Both the position numbers and the translations under genes were made by a program. From Oscillospiraceae bacterium (GTDB lineage: Bacteria > Bacillota > Clostridia > Oscillospirales > CAG-272), in the NCBI GenBank assembly GCA_015064965.1, contig SVRG01000003.1, positions 1 through 60,293 on the forward strand: 60,293 bases of DNA. Reading direction: 5' to 3'. The notes beneath the pieces were generated by a model. The model ran no database searches, was not told the DNA's origin, and saw only the letters and a program-made list of their open reading frames with translations. Shown here piece after piece: positions 24,634 through 33,984 of this stretch. Position 1 is the stretch's first letter, and each line of letters starts with the position of its first letter.

Positions 24634-25410
24634 TTACTGTGCAGCGGCAACAGCTGTAATGTGAGTGTTAACACCCTCGTACCAGTAAATAAAGCCGGTT
24701 ACATCAACAACATCGCCTGCCTTGAGTGCGGAAACTGCTGCATAAACTTCAGTATCGGGGCCTGTGAGGTAGCGCTCTACGCAGAAGGAGTAAGAAGCGC
24801 CGTCCTTGGAAAGAGTAACATAAATGTCATCGCCGGGCTCGCCGTTCTTGAACTCGATTGCTTCAACAGTCATGCCCTTGAAGCTTGCATACTTGTTCTG
24901 ATGCTTGATAAGCTCATCAGTGCCGAGAAGTGCGGTTGCATCCATAGCCTCTGCAACATATGTGTCTGCACCTTCAACAAACTCAAAAGTAGCGTCCATA
25001 ACTTCAACTTCGCCAGCCCATGCGCCCTTAAAGCCGTTTACACGGATCTTGGTGCCGGGAACGAGCTTTGCTGCATCCTCTTCGGAGCAAGCCATTTCAT
25101 AAAGGAAGTATGCGCCGTCTTTGTCCTGAGCGTAAACGGTAATCTTGTTGTCCCACCAGGACTGTGTTGCCTGAACATAGCACTCGATAACAACCTCAGC
25201 GTCAAGTTCTGCTGCATCATATTCTGCATATGACATAACAGCTACAGGAGCTTCAGTGGTTTCTGCAACAGTAGTTTCTGCCGCGGTAGTTTCAGCAACA
25301 GTGGTTTCTGCTACGGTAGTTTCAGCAACAGTGGTTTCTGCTACATCGCCGCAGGCTGCAAAAGCAAATACAAGTGTAAGTGCTGCAAGCATTGCAATAA
25401 TCTTTTTCAT
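24634..25410 (-). CDS. Lipoprotein of unknown function (two OB-like repeats) with an (A)ETTV linker
   Basis: MKKIIAMLAALTLVFAFAACG is a lipobox. It is followed by six AETT(V/A/E) pentapeptides and two related ~90-aa halves. The gene has its own promoter at 25451-25478. Confidence 0.7.
   Translation of the reverse strand: MKKIIAMLAALTLVFAFAACGDVAETTVAETTVAETTVAETTAAETTVAETTEAPVAVMSYAEYDAAELDAEVVIECYVQATQSWWDNKITVYAQDKDGAYFLYEMACSEEDAAKLVPGTKIRVNGFKGAWAGEVEVMDATFEFVEGADTYVAEAMDATALLGTDELIKHQNKYASFKGMTVEAIEFKNGEPGDDIYVTLSKDGASYSFCVERYLTGPDTEVYAAVSALKAGDVVDVTGFIYWYEGVNTHITAVAAAQ
25252..25341 (-). repeat. In-frame 15-nt tandem repeat (6 units) encoding the AETTV linker
   Basis: It encodes AETTVAETTVAETTVAETTAAETTVAETTE. 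Similar ETTA-rich linkers lie at about 36105-36212 and 39240-39330. Confidence 0.85.
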
Positions 25411-25450
25411 TTTTTTAAATCTCCTTATGTAAAAAGAATAGATTGTTATT

Positions 25451-25478
25451 ATTATACAACTTTTAGCCGTCAAGTCAA
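25451..25478 (-). promoter_or_regulatory. Promoter for the lipoprotein gene
   Basis: On the minus strand: TTGACT, 16-nt spacer, TATAAT immediately preceded by TG (the TG sits one position closer than a canonical TGn extended -10). Confidence 0.6.
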
Positions 25479-25488
25479 GTGGAAAAGC

Positions 25489-27084
25489 CTATTTTCTTTG
25501 TTTTTTAAGCATATCTGTGACAAAGTATGCACCGATAAGCAACCAAGCAACCGCAAGTGATATAATCAGCACAACCGAAGCCGTCGGAAGCGTGCCGAAT
25601 CCGGTCTTGACACCGGCACCGTCCTCAGAAATGCTAACACCTTGCATCTGGTCAAGACGGTAAAGCGATGAAACTTTATCATAGAGATTGTCTATATAAG
25701 CACTGTCAACATTTTTGTTTCTGTATGCCGCCTTTGTAACATCGTTTATCATCTCGCCCGATGCATCGCGAAGCGAAGCCGAACCGCTGAACACCGGCGT
25801 TACAAATGTGTTTTCGGTATTGGCAAGCAACAGCTTTGCCGCAGCAATTTTTACATCATAATATGTGTTATTGTCTTCGCCCGCTCTTGCAAGATAGTCG
25901 CGGTATTCCTCACTTTCATGCGCCGCACTTGTTACGGGGAGATATCCCTCGGTCGAGGAATATGCAATCTGCACTTCATTTGTAAGCAGATACTGCACAA
26001 AAAGCCACGATGCAAGCACCTCGCCTGCATCATCCTTATTGAATATGCAGACCGAAGGCCCCTGCGATATCATCTGCACATTATCCGCATCAAACTGCGG
26101 AACAGGCAAAACAGCGGTTTCAAACTCAACAAGTTTATCCTCGCTTATGTCTATAAGCGGCGCATACGCGCCCATCCATGTTGCGCCGGCAGTGGAGTCC
26201 ACGGCAAAAATACACTCGCCTGCATTCAATAAATTTGCAGGGTATCCTGAACGTTCAAAAGTTGAAAATGCACCGGTTCTTGCGTTTGAATAAATAGTGG
26301 AAAGAAGCTCTTTTGTAGTATCGTTAAAGAGCAAAACATCTCCGTTTGAAGTGGAATACTCCCCTCCCCTTTGTCTTATCATCTGAATCATCATGTTATC
26401 AGTAGACTTATAGACAAAAGGAATAAGCACATCCTTACCGTTAACCTTGTACTTGCCGTCCCCGCCCTTTTCAAGCGCGGCATTTGAGACCTCCCATACG
26501 AAATCCCATGTCAACACCTTGGGCAACGTGAATCCGAGTTTTTCTACATAGGTCTTATTGACATAGCAGGCCTCGGTGGAGCGCATATACGGCATTGCAT
26601 AATAGTGCCCATCTATGATGCATTCATCAAGAAACGACGGTATGATCTCATCTTTAGCCGGGCTTTTAAACTTAAGCTCGCTGCCCGAAAGCCCATATCT
26701 CGGATCGCTCATAAGTGAATCGAGCTGAACAATAACATTTTCGCCCTGCATATACTCTGCAACATGGTCGGGATATGTAATGCAGACATTGGGGGTTGTA
26801 TTTGTTGCAAGGTTTGTGAGTACATCGTTTCTGATCATGCCATAGTCCGTATATGACGAAAGAGTGACTTTGATATTTGGGTAAAGCTCCTCAAATCCTC
26901 GCACCGCATCGGCATAAATTGCGCGCTGATGTTCGTTATTTTCGTTTTTTGCCCAAAAGGTTATCTCATATTGCTTGCCCTCGTCAAAATCCTCCGGAAT
27001 TTCAAACAAGGCATGCTCCACTCTTCCGTGACAGGAACAAAGAGTAATACAAATAAGCAAAAGGCACAAAACAAATTTCTTCAT
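25489..27084 (-). CDS. Sugar ABC transporter substrate-binding protein (family 1) with an extra C-terminal TM helix
   Basis: The N-terminal signal and Cys read LLLICITLCSC, on an SBP-sized body. The C-terminus, LPTASVVLIISLAVAWLLIGAYFVTDMLKKQRK, is a TM helix with a basic tail. Confidence 0.8.
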   Translation of the reverse strand: MKKFVLCLLLICITLCSCHGRVEHALFEIPEDFDEGKQYEITFWAKNENNEHQRAIYADAVRGFEELYPNIKVTLSSYTDYGMIRNDVLTNLATNTTPNVCITYPDHVAEYMQGENVIVQLDSLMSDPRYGLSGSELKFKSPAKDEIIPSFLDECIIDGHYYAMPYMRSTEACYVNKTYVEKLGFTLPKVLTWDFVWEVSNAALEKGGDGKYKVNGKDVLIPFVYKSTDNMMIQMIRQRGGEYSTSNGDVLLFNDTTKELLSTIYSNARTGAFSTFERSGYPANLLNAGECIFAVDSTAGATWMGAYAPLIDISEDKLVEFETAVLPVPQFDADNVQMISQGPSVCIFNKDDAGEVLASWLFVQYLLTNEVQIAYSSTEGYLPVTSAAHESEEYRDYLARAGEDNNTYYDVKIAAAKLLLANTENTFVTPVFSGSASLRDASGEMINDVTKAAYRNKNVDSAYIDNLYDKVSSLYRLDQMQGVSISEDGAGVKTGFGTLPTASVVLIISLAVAWLLIGAYFVTDMLKKQRK

Positions 27085-27914
27085 CCCTTTGTACCTCCCC
27101 TAACAACACCTGCCATGATCTTCTTGCGGAAGATAAGGAAAACTACAATAAGCGGCAAGGAAATTACCACAACCGCCGCCATCATCGCCGGAATGTTTTC
27201 GCGTCCAAATCCGCTCTCGCGTATTTCCTGTATACCGTTTGACACAAGATAATATGCCTCATTATCGGTGATAAGCCTTGGCCAGATATAGGAGTTCCAG
27301 CACTCGATCACCTTTAAAATTGTCACCGTTACAATCGTGGGGCGGCACATCGGAATCATCACGCGGAACAGATATTTAAGGTCGGACGTGCCGTCAACCT
27401 TTGCCGCATAATAAAGATTGTCGGGAATCTGCGAAAAATTCTCTTTTAAAAGATAGATATAGAATACCGATGTTACCGAAGGAAGTATAAGTCCTGTAAA
27501 AGAGTTGCGAAGGTCTAAATTTGTTATCGTAACAAAATTTGTGATAACTACAAGCTCGCTCGGTATCATCATAAGTGAGAGGAAAAGCGTAAAAAGCAAG
27601 TCCTTACCCTTGAAATTAAGCCGTGCAAACGCAAATGCCGCAGGCACTATAACTATAAGCATTATTGCCGTGGTGGCAACAGTGAAAATAAGCGTGTTTA
27701 AAAAATAGTCGGCAAGCGGTACTGCGGTAAACGCCACAAGGTAATTGTCAAAGGTGGGTTCGCTAACAATAAGCTGCGGTACTCGCTCTGCGTTATAAGC
27801 ACCAAAGCTTTTAAACGATGTGAGCACCATAAAATAAAACGGGAACAGAACGATAATAGCCCACACGGTGAGAAGTAAATATACTATAATTTTTGAAAAT
27901 TTGATTTTTTTCAT
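27081..27914 (-). CDS. Carbohydrate ABC transporter permease (MalG-like)
   Basis: Six TM helices with an EAA-like loop (AKVDGTSDLKYLFRVMIPMCRP). I chose the start at 27914 because GAGGT lies 7 nt upstream. Confidence 0.85.
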   Translation of the reverse strand: MKKIKFSKIIVYLLLTVWAIIVLFPFYFMVLTSFKSFGAYNAERVPQLIVSEPTFDNYLVAFTAVPLADYFLNTLIFTVATTAIMLIVIVPAAFAFARLNFKGKDLLFTLFLSLMMIPSELVVITNFVTITNLDLRNSFTGLILPSVTSVFYIYLLKENFSQIPDNLYYAAKVDGTSDLKYLFRVMIPMCRPTIVTVTILKVIECWNSYIWPRLITDNEAYYLVSNGIQEIRESGFGRENIPAMMAAVVVISLPLIVVFLIFRKKIMAGVVRGGTKG

Positions 27915-27924
27915 AGCAGTTACC

Positions 27925-28815
27925 TCAATAGTGGACATGTTTTTTGCTTACTATAAGATTGATGCAAGTGATTGTAAGCACAATGGTAAACAATATGATA
28001 GCCGCAGCCGATGCATATGACGGATAGCCGCCGCCGTTTGAATAGAGCATGTCATAAACATAGCCGACAATGGTATTCATCTGCGCGACATTCAGCTTTG
28101 TTCCGAAAAGTGCCACAGCATCGCTGTACGCCTTGAAAGCTCCGATAAAGCCGGTAATTATAAGATAAAAAAGCATCGGCGAAATCATCGGGAGCGTTAT
28201 CTTTGTAAAAATGCGCAGTTTTGATGTACCGTCAACCTTTGCCGCATTGTAATAATCCTGATTTACGCTTGCAAGCGCGCTTGTAAGCACCAGCACCTTA
28301 AAAGGCATTACCACCCACACAGTATACAGACACAGTACAAGCATCTTTGCCCAGTACGGACCGTCGATAAAATCAACCGCAGTGCCGCCAAAAAGCGTTA
28401 TAATACCGTTTACAAATCCGTCGGTGTACGGCGTCTTTTTAAACAGAATCATAAACACAAGTCCAACAGCAAGTGTGTTTGTAACATAAGGTAAAAAGTA
28501 AACTGTCTGATAAAGCTCGCGAAGCGGCTTGATTGACGCAAGCCCCATTGAAACAAGCAAAGAAAGCGCGGTTGAAAGCGGCACAGTAATTACAACCAGA
28601 ATAAAGGTGTTTTTAAGTGCCTGCAAAAAATATGGGTCATGCAAAACATAAGAATAATTGTATGTACCTATACCAAAATGCGTTTGCGATGCAAAGTTAT
28701 AGCCCTCCTCGATCGAGTAGATGAACACATCAATCAAGGGATAAACCAAAAACACTCCCAAAAACAGTATCGCAGGCAAAAGGTACAGCCATGCTTTATA
28801 ACTGTGCTTATCCAT
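27925..28815 (-). CDS. Carbohydrate ABC transporter permease (MalF-like)
   Basis: TM-rich, with the EAA loop AKVDGTSKLRIFTKITLPMISP. The ATG overlaps the upstream stop. Confidence 0.85.
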   Translation of the reverse strand: MDKHSYKAWLYLLPAILFLGVFLVYPLIDVFIYSIEEGYNFASQTHFGIGTYNYSYVLHDPYFLQALKNTFILVVITVPLSTALSLLVSMGLASIKPLRELYQTVYFLPYVTNTLAVGLVFMILFKKTPYTDGFVNGIITLFGGTAVDFIDGPYWAKMLVLCLYTVWVVMPFKVLVLTSALASVNQDYYNAAKVDGTSKLRIFTKITLPMISPMLFYLIITGFIGAFKAYSDAVALFGTKLNVAQMNTIVGYVYDMLYSNGGGYPSYASAAAIILFTIVLTITCINLIVSKKHVHY

Positions 28816-29914
28816 TTTTAACTCCTATCGCTATGCGCTCTTCGGTTTCTTTATCGTAAATATCAATCTTGCTCGGCTTGACAGAAAACTTGACCGTTGC
28901 CGCAGTGATATTTACATTTGAATCCGAGCTTACTATCGCACGTACGGTTGCGTGTGCATTTTTGTGGCTTGCAACAACGCTGATGTCGCGTCCCATAACC
29001 TCAACGCGGTCAAGCGCGCAAGAAAGTACGCCTCCCTCGTCAAGCACAAACCCCTCAGGACGGATTCCCACATACACATCCGCATCACCAACACCCGGTG
29101 CTTCCATGATAAATTCTTCGCCGATATAGAGCTTCTGACCTTTTACACAGCCGTCAAAAACATTTATCGGAGGTGTGCCGAGAAACTTTGCTACAAAGAG
29201 GTTTTTAGGATCGTCATAAACCTCCTGCGGCTTGCCGATTTGCTGAACAACACCGTCACGCATTACAACTATAAGGTCGGAAATGCTCATCGCCTCTTCC
29301 TGGTCATGCGTTACAAAAACCGTAGTTATGCCGGTTTTTTGCTGAATGCGCTTGATCTCCTCGCGGGTCTGCAAGCGAAGTCTTGCATCAAGGTTTGAAA
29401 GCGGCTCGTCAAGAAGCAACACACGCGGCATTTTTACAAGCGCACGCGCAATGGCAACGCGCTGCTGCTGACCGCCGGAAAGCTCGCTCGGTTTGCGATC
29501 CATAAGCATATCAATTTGCACAAGCTTTGCTATTTCAAGCGCTCTTTCGTTCATCTCTGCTTTTGTAAGCTTGTCCTTGCCCTTGAAATTCTGAAGCGGG
29601 AAAATGATATTCTGCCGCACTGTAAGGTGGGGGTAAAGCGCATAATTCTGGAAAACAAGGCCAACTCCGCGCTTTTCAGGCTCAAGCGTGGTCACCTCAT
29701 CATCGCCAAAATATATCTTTCCGCTTGTGGGCTTTTGAAGTCCGGATATAAGGTTAAGCGCGGTACTTTTTCCGCATCCGGAGGGACCGAGCAGTCCGAT
29801 GAGCTTGCCGTCGGGAAACTCAAAATTAAAATTGTTGACCGCGATTACATCGCTGCCGCTTTTTTTGTTTCTCGGCGGAAATTTTTTAGTCAGATTTTCA
29901 AGTACAACTTTCAT
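28808..29914 (-). CDS. Sugar ABC transporter ATP-binding protein (MalK/MsmK/UgpC type)
   Basis: Walker A is GPSGCGKST, the signature is LSGGQQQRVAIARAL and Walker B is LLLDEPLSNLD. A C-terminal regulatory domain is present. Confidence 0.9.
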   Translation of the reverse strand: MKVVLENLTKKFPPRNKKSGSDVIAVNNFNFEFPDGKLIGLLGPSGCGKSTALNLISGLQKPTSGKIYFGDDEVTTLEPEKRGVGLVFQNYALYPHLTVRQNIIFPLQNFKGKDKLTKAEMNERALEIAKLVQIDMLMDRKPSELSGGQQQRVAIARALVKMPRVLLLDEPLSNLDARLRLQTREEIKRIQQKTGITTVFVTHDQEEAMSISDLIVVMRDGVVQQIGKPQEVYDDPKNLFVAKFLGTPPINVFDGCVKGQKLYIGEEFIMEAPGVGDADVYVGIRPEGFVLDEGGVLSCALDRVEVMGRDISVVASHKNAHATVRAIVSSDSNVNITAATVKFSVKPSKIDIYDKETEERIAIGVKNG

Positions 29915-30027
29915 ATTTTTTTCCTTTTATGTAAAGTTTTTATATTGAATATATTATATAACCTAATGCTCGATTTTTCAAGATTAATGTAGATTATAAC
30001 TTTTTAAGTTTCTTTCGGCACAACATA

Positions 30028-30056
30028 TTGACAAGCGTATATCTTTGTGATATCAT
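30028..30056 (+). promoter_or_regulatory. Promoter of the LRR-dockerin gene
   Basis: TTGACA (30028-30033), 17-nt spacer, TATCAT (30051-30056). Confidence 0.65.
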
Positions 30057-30090
30057 ATTAACAGAAAACAAAATTTGAAAGGACAGGAAA

Positions 30091-31683
30091 ATGAAGCACG
30101 TTTTAAAAATATTTACAGTCTTGGCACTTTCACTTTGCCTTATACTCTTTGCAAGCGCAGAAACCGTAGCAAGCGGCACATGCGGCAGCAATGTTACCTG
30201 GACGCTTGATTCAGAGGGCACCATGACACTCAGCGGCAGCGGCGATACAACGGATTATTTCTCATATGAAACATCGCACCGCCCTTGGGACGACTACAAA
30301 TCCAAAATCAAGAAAATTGTAATAGAAAACAGAGTTGCGACAATTACAAGAGATTTATTTTTAGGGCTCGGAAATCTTGAAGAAGTTTACATTTCTCCAA
30401 GTGTTTCGTTAATTGGTCAAGACGCATTTGGATACTGCGCCAAGATAAAAGCGTTTTATGTGGACGAGAAAAATGCATTTTACTCATCCGAAGATGGGGT
30501 GCTTTTTGATGCAGATAAGACTGTTTTGATACAGTACCCTGCCGCAAACCCACGCACCGAATACACCATGCCAAACACGGTGACAAAACTTGAAACCATG
30601 GCCTTTTATAAAGCCAAGAAACTTGTAAACATAACATTTTCTTCTTCGTTAAAACAGACGAGCTATCGTGCTTTCAGCGGTTGCTCTTCTATAAAAGAAG
30701 TTGTCTTGCCCGAAGGACTTGAAAAGCTTTCACTGGGGAGCTTTGAATACTGCTCCTTGCTTGAAAAAATAGTTTTCCCGAGCACTATTAAAACAATTGC
30801 AGGCGGTTCTTTTGCATACTGCACTTCGCTGAAAGAATTTACTTTTCCACAGATTACCGACATATATAATGGGATGTTTGAGGGTTGCACCGCACTTAAA
30901 AAGGTAGTTCTCCCCGAAGGAATCACCGAAATCGGCAGTTATATGTTTTACAAATGCGCTGCGCTCACAGAAGTTTACATTCCGGACACCGTTAAACTCA
31001 TAGATGAATATGCATTTGCAGGCTGCAGAAAGCTTGACGTAAAGATTCCCTCTTCGCTGACAAAGATTGAAAACGGCGCTTTCTTAAACTGCAAAAGTCT
31101 TAAGAGCATCTCCGTACCCTCAGGAGTTACAAGAATATCACAGTCCGCTTTTTCGGGTTGCTCTTCACTGGTAGAAGTAACATTGCCTGATAACGTAACT
31201 GTTATCGAAGACTATGCTTTCAAAAACTGCACTTCACTCAGACGTTTTGTATCTCTTGCAACATACGGCGTACCGACAACCTCGCAAATGGATCTGGATA
31301 TCCAGGACAAAGCGTTTGAGGGATGCTCCTCGCTTGTAACAGTATATTTAGACGCATACAATCCGAGATTCTATAGCTACACGGTATTCAACGGCTGTGA
31401 AGCTCTAGCCGATATATACATCCGCGGTGAAAAAGACGATGTCTCCTACAGAAGTCTCAAATATCTGGAGACACAAAAAGGTGTGAGGATTCACTTTAAC
31501 CACGAATCCATGCCCACATTTACACCCGATTACAACGGCAGTGGCAAGGTTGACACAGTTGACGTTTTACTCTGCTTGAAGGAGAGCTTAAACGCTCCCG
31601 GTTCGCTCTCGATTGATATAGACGGTGACGGAAAAACCACACTTCTGGATATTATGCATCAGATAAAACTTGCAACGATCTGA
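30091..31683 (+). CDS. Secreted BspA-type leucine-rich-repeat protein with a C-terminal type-I-like dockerin
   Basis: It has a signal peptide and many repeats of the type (I/V).IP..V..I...AF..C..L. The C-terminus carries two Ca-loop repeats, DYNGSGKVDTVD and DIDGDGKTTLLD. Confidence 0.85.
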   Translation: MKHVLKIFTVLALSLCLILFASAETVASGTCGSNVTWTLDSEGTMTLSGSGDTTDYFSYETSHRPWDDYKSKIKKIVIENRVATITRDLFLGLGNLEEVYISPSVSLIGQDAFGYCAKIKAFYVDEKNAFYSSEDGVLFDADKTVLIQYPAANPRTEYTMPNTVTKLETMAFYKAKKLVNITFSSSLKQTSYRAFSGCSSIKEVVLPEGLEKLSLGSFEYCSLLEKIVFPSTIKTIAGGSFAYCTSLKEFTFPQITDIYNGMFEGCTALKKVVLPEGITEIGSYMFYKCAALTEVYIPDTVKLIDEYAFAGCRKLDVKIPSSLTKIENGAFLNCKSLKSISVPSGVTRISQSAFSGCSSLVEVTLPDNVTVIEDYAFKNCTSLRRFVSLATYGVPTTSQMDLDIQDKAFEGCSSLVTVYLDAYNPRFYSYTVFNGCEALADIYIRGEKDDVSYRSLKYLETQKGVRIHFNHESMPTFTPDYNGSGKVDTVDVLLCLKESLNAPGSLSIDIDGDGKTTLLDIMHQIKLATI

Positions 31684-31686
31684 TCC

Positions 31687-31725
31687 AAAACCATGTTAAA
31701 TCTTTTGGTTTAACATGGTTTTTTC
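31687..31725 (+). terminator. Intrinsic terminator
   Basis: AAAACCATGTTAAA-(loop)-TTTAACATGGTTTTTT. Confidence 0.8.
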
Positions 31726-31800
31726 TTGCGCAATCGGAGTTAAAGTGCTACAATACTCTTTGAGGTGATACCTTTGGAACAGAATGCCAAATATATAAAA

Positions 31801-33207
31801 ATGACTACGGAGCCGATAGAAAAGCTTATCACTTCTCTTGCGGTTCCGACAATAATAAGCATGCTTGTAACCTCGTTTTACAATCTTGCAGACACGCTTT
31901 TTGTGCGACAGCTTGAAAATGACAGCATGGTTGCCGCAGTTGGCATAATCATGCCGCTTATGTCGATTATTCAGGCGTTTGGATTTTTCTGCGGTCACGG
32001 CTCGGCAAACTACATATCCCGCGCATTTGGACGCCGCGATATGAGCTCTGCTGAAAAAATGGCTGCTACCGGTTTTGGCTTTGCATTTTTAATAGGTGTT
32101 ATAATCAGCGTGCTCGGTCTTTCGCTCCGCACACCTCTTGTTACTCTCCTCGGTGCAAAAACCGAGGCAACAGTGCGCGAAAGCATAAACTACATGACAT
32201 ACATACTGATCGCAACTCCGTTTATGATGGGCGCGATCGTCATAAACAATCAACTGCGCATGCAGGGCAATGCCTTTTTTGCAATGATAGGTCTTACATC
32301 GGGCGCGCTAATAAATCTTGCGCTTGACCCAATTTTGATTTTCGAAAAAGGCGATGTTATTTTCGGCGGTGCAATAACTGTTCCCTTCGGTTTTGGTATG
32401 GGCGTTGCAGGTGCTGCACTTGCAACCGCAATAAGCCAGACTATAAGCTTTATTTTGCTTGCCGCAGGCATGTGGAAGAGCGACAATGTGAAGATCCACC
32501 TCAAAAACTTTACTCCCACAAAATACTATATCGGCGGCATTGTGCAAGGCGGGCTCCCCTCCCTTGCGCGTCAAGGTCTCGGCAGCATTGCATCCACTTG
32601 TCTGAACAACTCCATCGGCTACTTTGTGGCACCCGTGATGATTGATGCAGCGCAAGCGGCAATGACCGGCGTTTCGCGAATCATGATGTTCCTCTATTCC
32701 GCAGTAATAGGCTTTGGACAGGGATTTCAGCCTGTATGCGGATTTAACTACGGCGCGAAAAAATATGACCGCGTAATAAAAGCATACTACTTTTGTATAA
32801 AAGTTGCATTTGTGGTGCTGCTCTGCCTCTCAACACTCGGATTTATTTTTGCATATCCGATAACCAACGCCGTGGCAGGAAGCAGTAAAGAAGCGGCAGA
32901 AATCGCGGCATTTGTGTTCCGCCTGCAGCTTATAGCATTTCCCCTTATGGCATGGGTTACAATGAGCAATATGATGCTGCAGAACATCGGCAAAACTGCA
33001 TCTGCAACGCTTGTTGCAATGCTGCGCCAGGGCATCGCATTTATACCTGTTGTACTGCTGTTGCCGCTTTTGACCGAAGCTCTCGGATTTTCGGGACTGC
33101 TCGGCATTGAACTTGCCCAACCCATTGCCGATGTCATTGCATTTGCTGTTTCCGCACCAATCGGCAAAGCCGCAATAAACGAAATGCGAAGAGAAAACGA
33201 AAATTAA
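31801..33207 (+). CDS. MATE-family efflux transporter
   Basis: The N-terminus IEKLITSLAVPTIISMLVTSFYNLADTLFV is typical of MATE transporters, and there are about 12 TM helices. The start is ambiguous: ATG at 31801 or GTG at 31765. Confidence 0.8.
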   Translation: MTTEPIEKLITSLAVPTIISMLVTSFYNLADTLFVRQLENDSMVAAVGIIMPLMSIIQAFGFFCGHGSANYISRAFGRRDMSSAEKMAATGFGFAFLIGVIISVLGLSLRTPLVTLLGAKTEATVRESINYMTYILIATPFMMGAIVINNQLRMQGNAFFAMIGLTSGALINLALDPILIFEKGDVIFGGAITVPFGFGMGVAGAALATAISQTISFILLAAGMWKSDNVKIHLKNFTPTKYYIGGIVQGGLPSLARQGLGSIASTCLNNSIGYFVAPVMIDAAQAAMTGVSRIMMFLYSAVIGFGQGFQPVCGFNYGAKKYDRVIKAYYFCIKVAFVVLLCLSTLGFIFAYPITNAVAGSSKEAAEIAAFVFRLQLIAFPLMAWVTMSNMMLQNIGKTASATLVAMLRQGIAFIPVVLLLPLLTEALGFSGLLGIELAQPIADVIAFAVSAPIGKAAINEMRRENEN

Positions 33208-33221
33208 GCTTATATTATAGT

Positions 33222-33251
33222 AAAAAATCCGCTCGTTTGAGCGGATTTTTT
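33222..33251. terminator. Bidirectional intrinsic terminator
   Basis: AAAAAATCCGCTC-GTTT-GAGCGGATTTTTT. Confidence 0.85.
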
Positions 33252-33252
33252 A

Positions 33253-33984
33253 TTATAATACCTTTGACAAAAAGTCTTTAAGACGCGGATTTTGGGGATT
33301 TGAGAAAAACTCTTCGGGTTCGTTTTCCTCAATGACCTTTCCCTCATCCATAAAGATGATTCGGTTTGCAACCTCTCTGGCAAAGCCCATTTCATGAGTA
33401 ACAATTACCATGGTCATGCCGTCGTCTGCAAGCTTTTTCATAAGGTCAAGCACCTCGCCAACCATTTCGGGGTCAAGTGCCGATGTAGGCTCGTCAAAAA
33501 GCATAACATCCGGGTTCATAGCAAGTGCGCGCGCAATGGCTATACGCTGCTTTTGTCCGCCCGAAAGCTGTGCAGGATACGCATTCGCCTTTTCAGGAAG
33601 CCCTACTATCTCAAGCAGTTCTCTTGCTTTTTTCTCCGCCGCTTCTTTGCTTTGTTTCAAAAGTTTAATAGGAGCGAGAGTAATATTCTCTAAAATAGAA
33701 AGATGCGGAAAAAGATTAAAATGCTGAAACACCATGCCCATCTTCATACGAAGTTTGTCGATGTTGCATTTTTTGTCGGTAATAAGCTGACCGTCAAAAT
33801 ATATCTCGCCGGCAGAAGGCTCTTCAAGTCGGTTAAGGCAACGAAGGAAAGTGGATTTGCCACTGCCCGACGGTCCGACAATTACAACCTTTTCGCCCCT
33901 TGAAATATGCTGATCAACACCCTTTAAAACCTTGATCTCATCGTTTTCGCCGAAGTCTTTATAAAGTCCTTTAACGCTTATCAC
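33253..33984 (-). CDS. Polar amino-acid ABC transporter ATP-binding protein (GlnQ type)
   Basis: Walker A is GPSGSGKST, the signature is [15 protein letters not shown] and Walker B is [12 protein letters not shown] chose the GTG start at 33984 because GGAGG lies 10 nt upstream. Confidence 0.9.
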   Translation of the reverse strand: MISVKGLYKDFGENDEIKVLKGVDQHISRGEKVVIVGPSGSGKSTFLRCLNRLEEPSAGEIYFDGQLITDKKCNIDKLRMKMGMVFQHFNLFPHLSILENITLAPIKLLKQSKEAAEKKARELLEIVGLPEKANAYPAQLSGGQKQRIAIARALAMNPDVMLFDEPTSALDPEMVGEVLDLMKKLADDGMTMVIVTHEMGFAREVANRIIFMDEGKVIEENEPEEFFSNPQNPRLKDFLSKVL

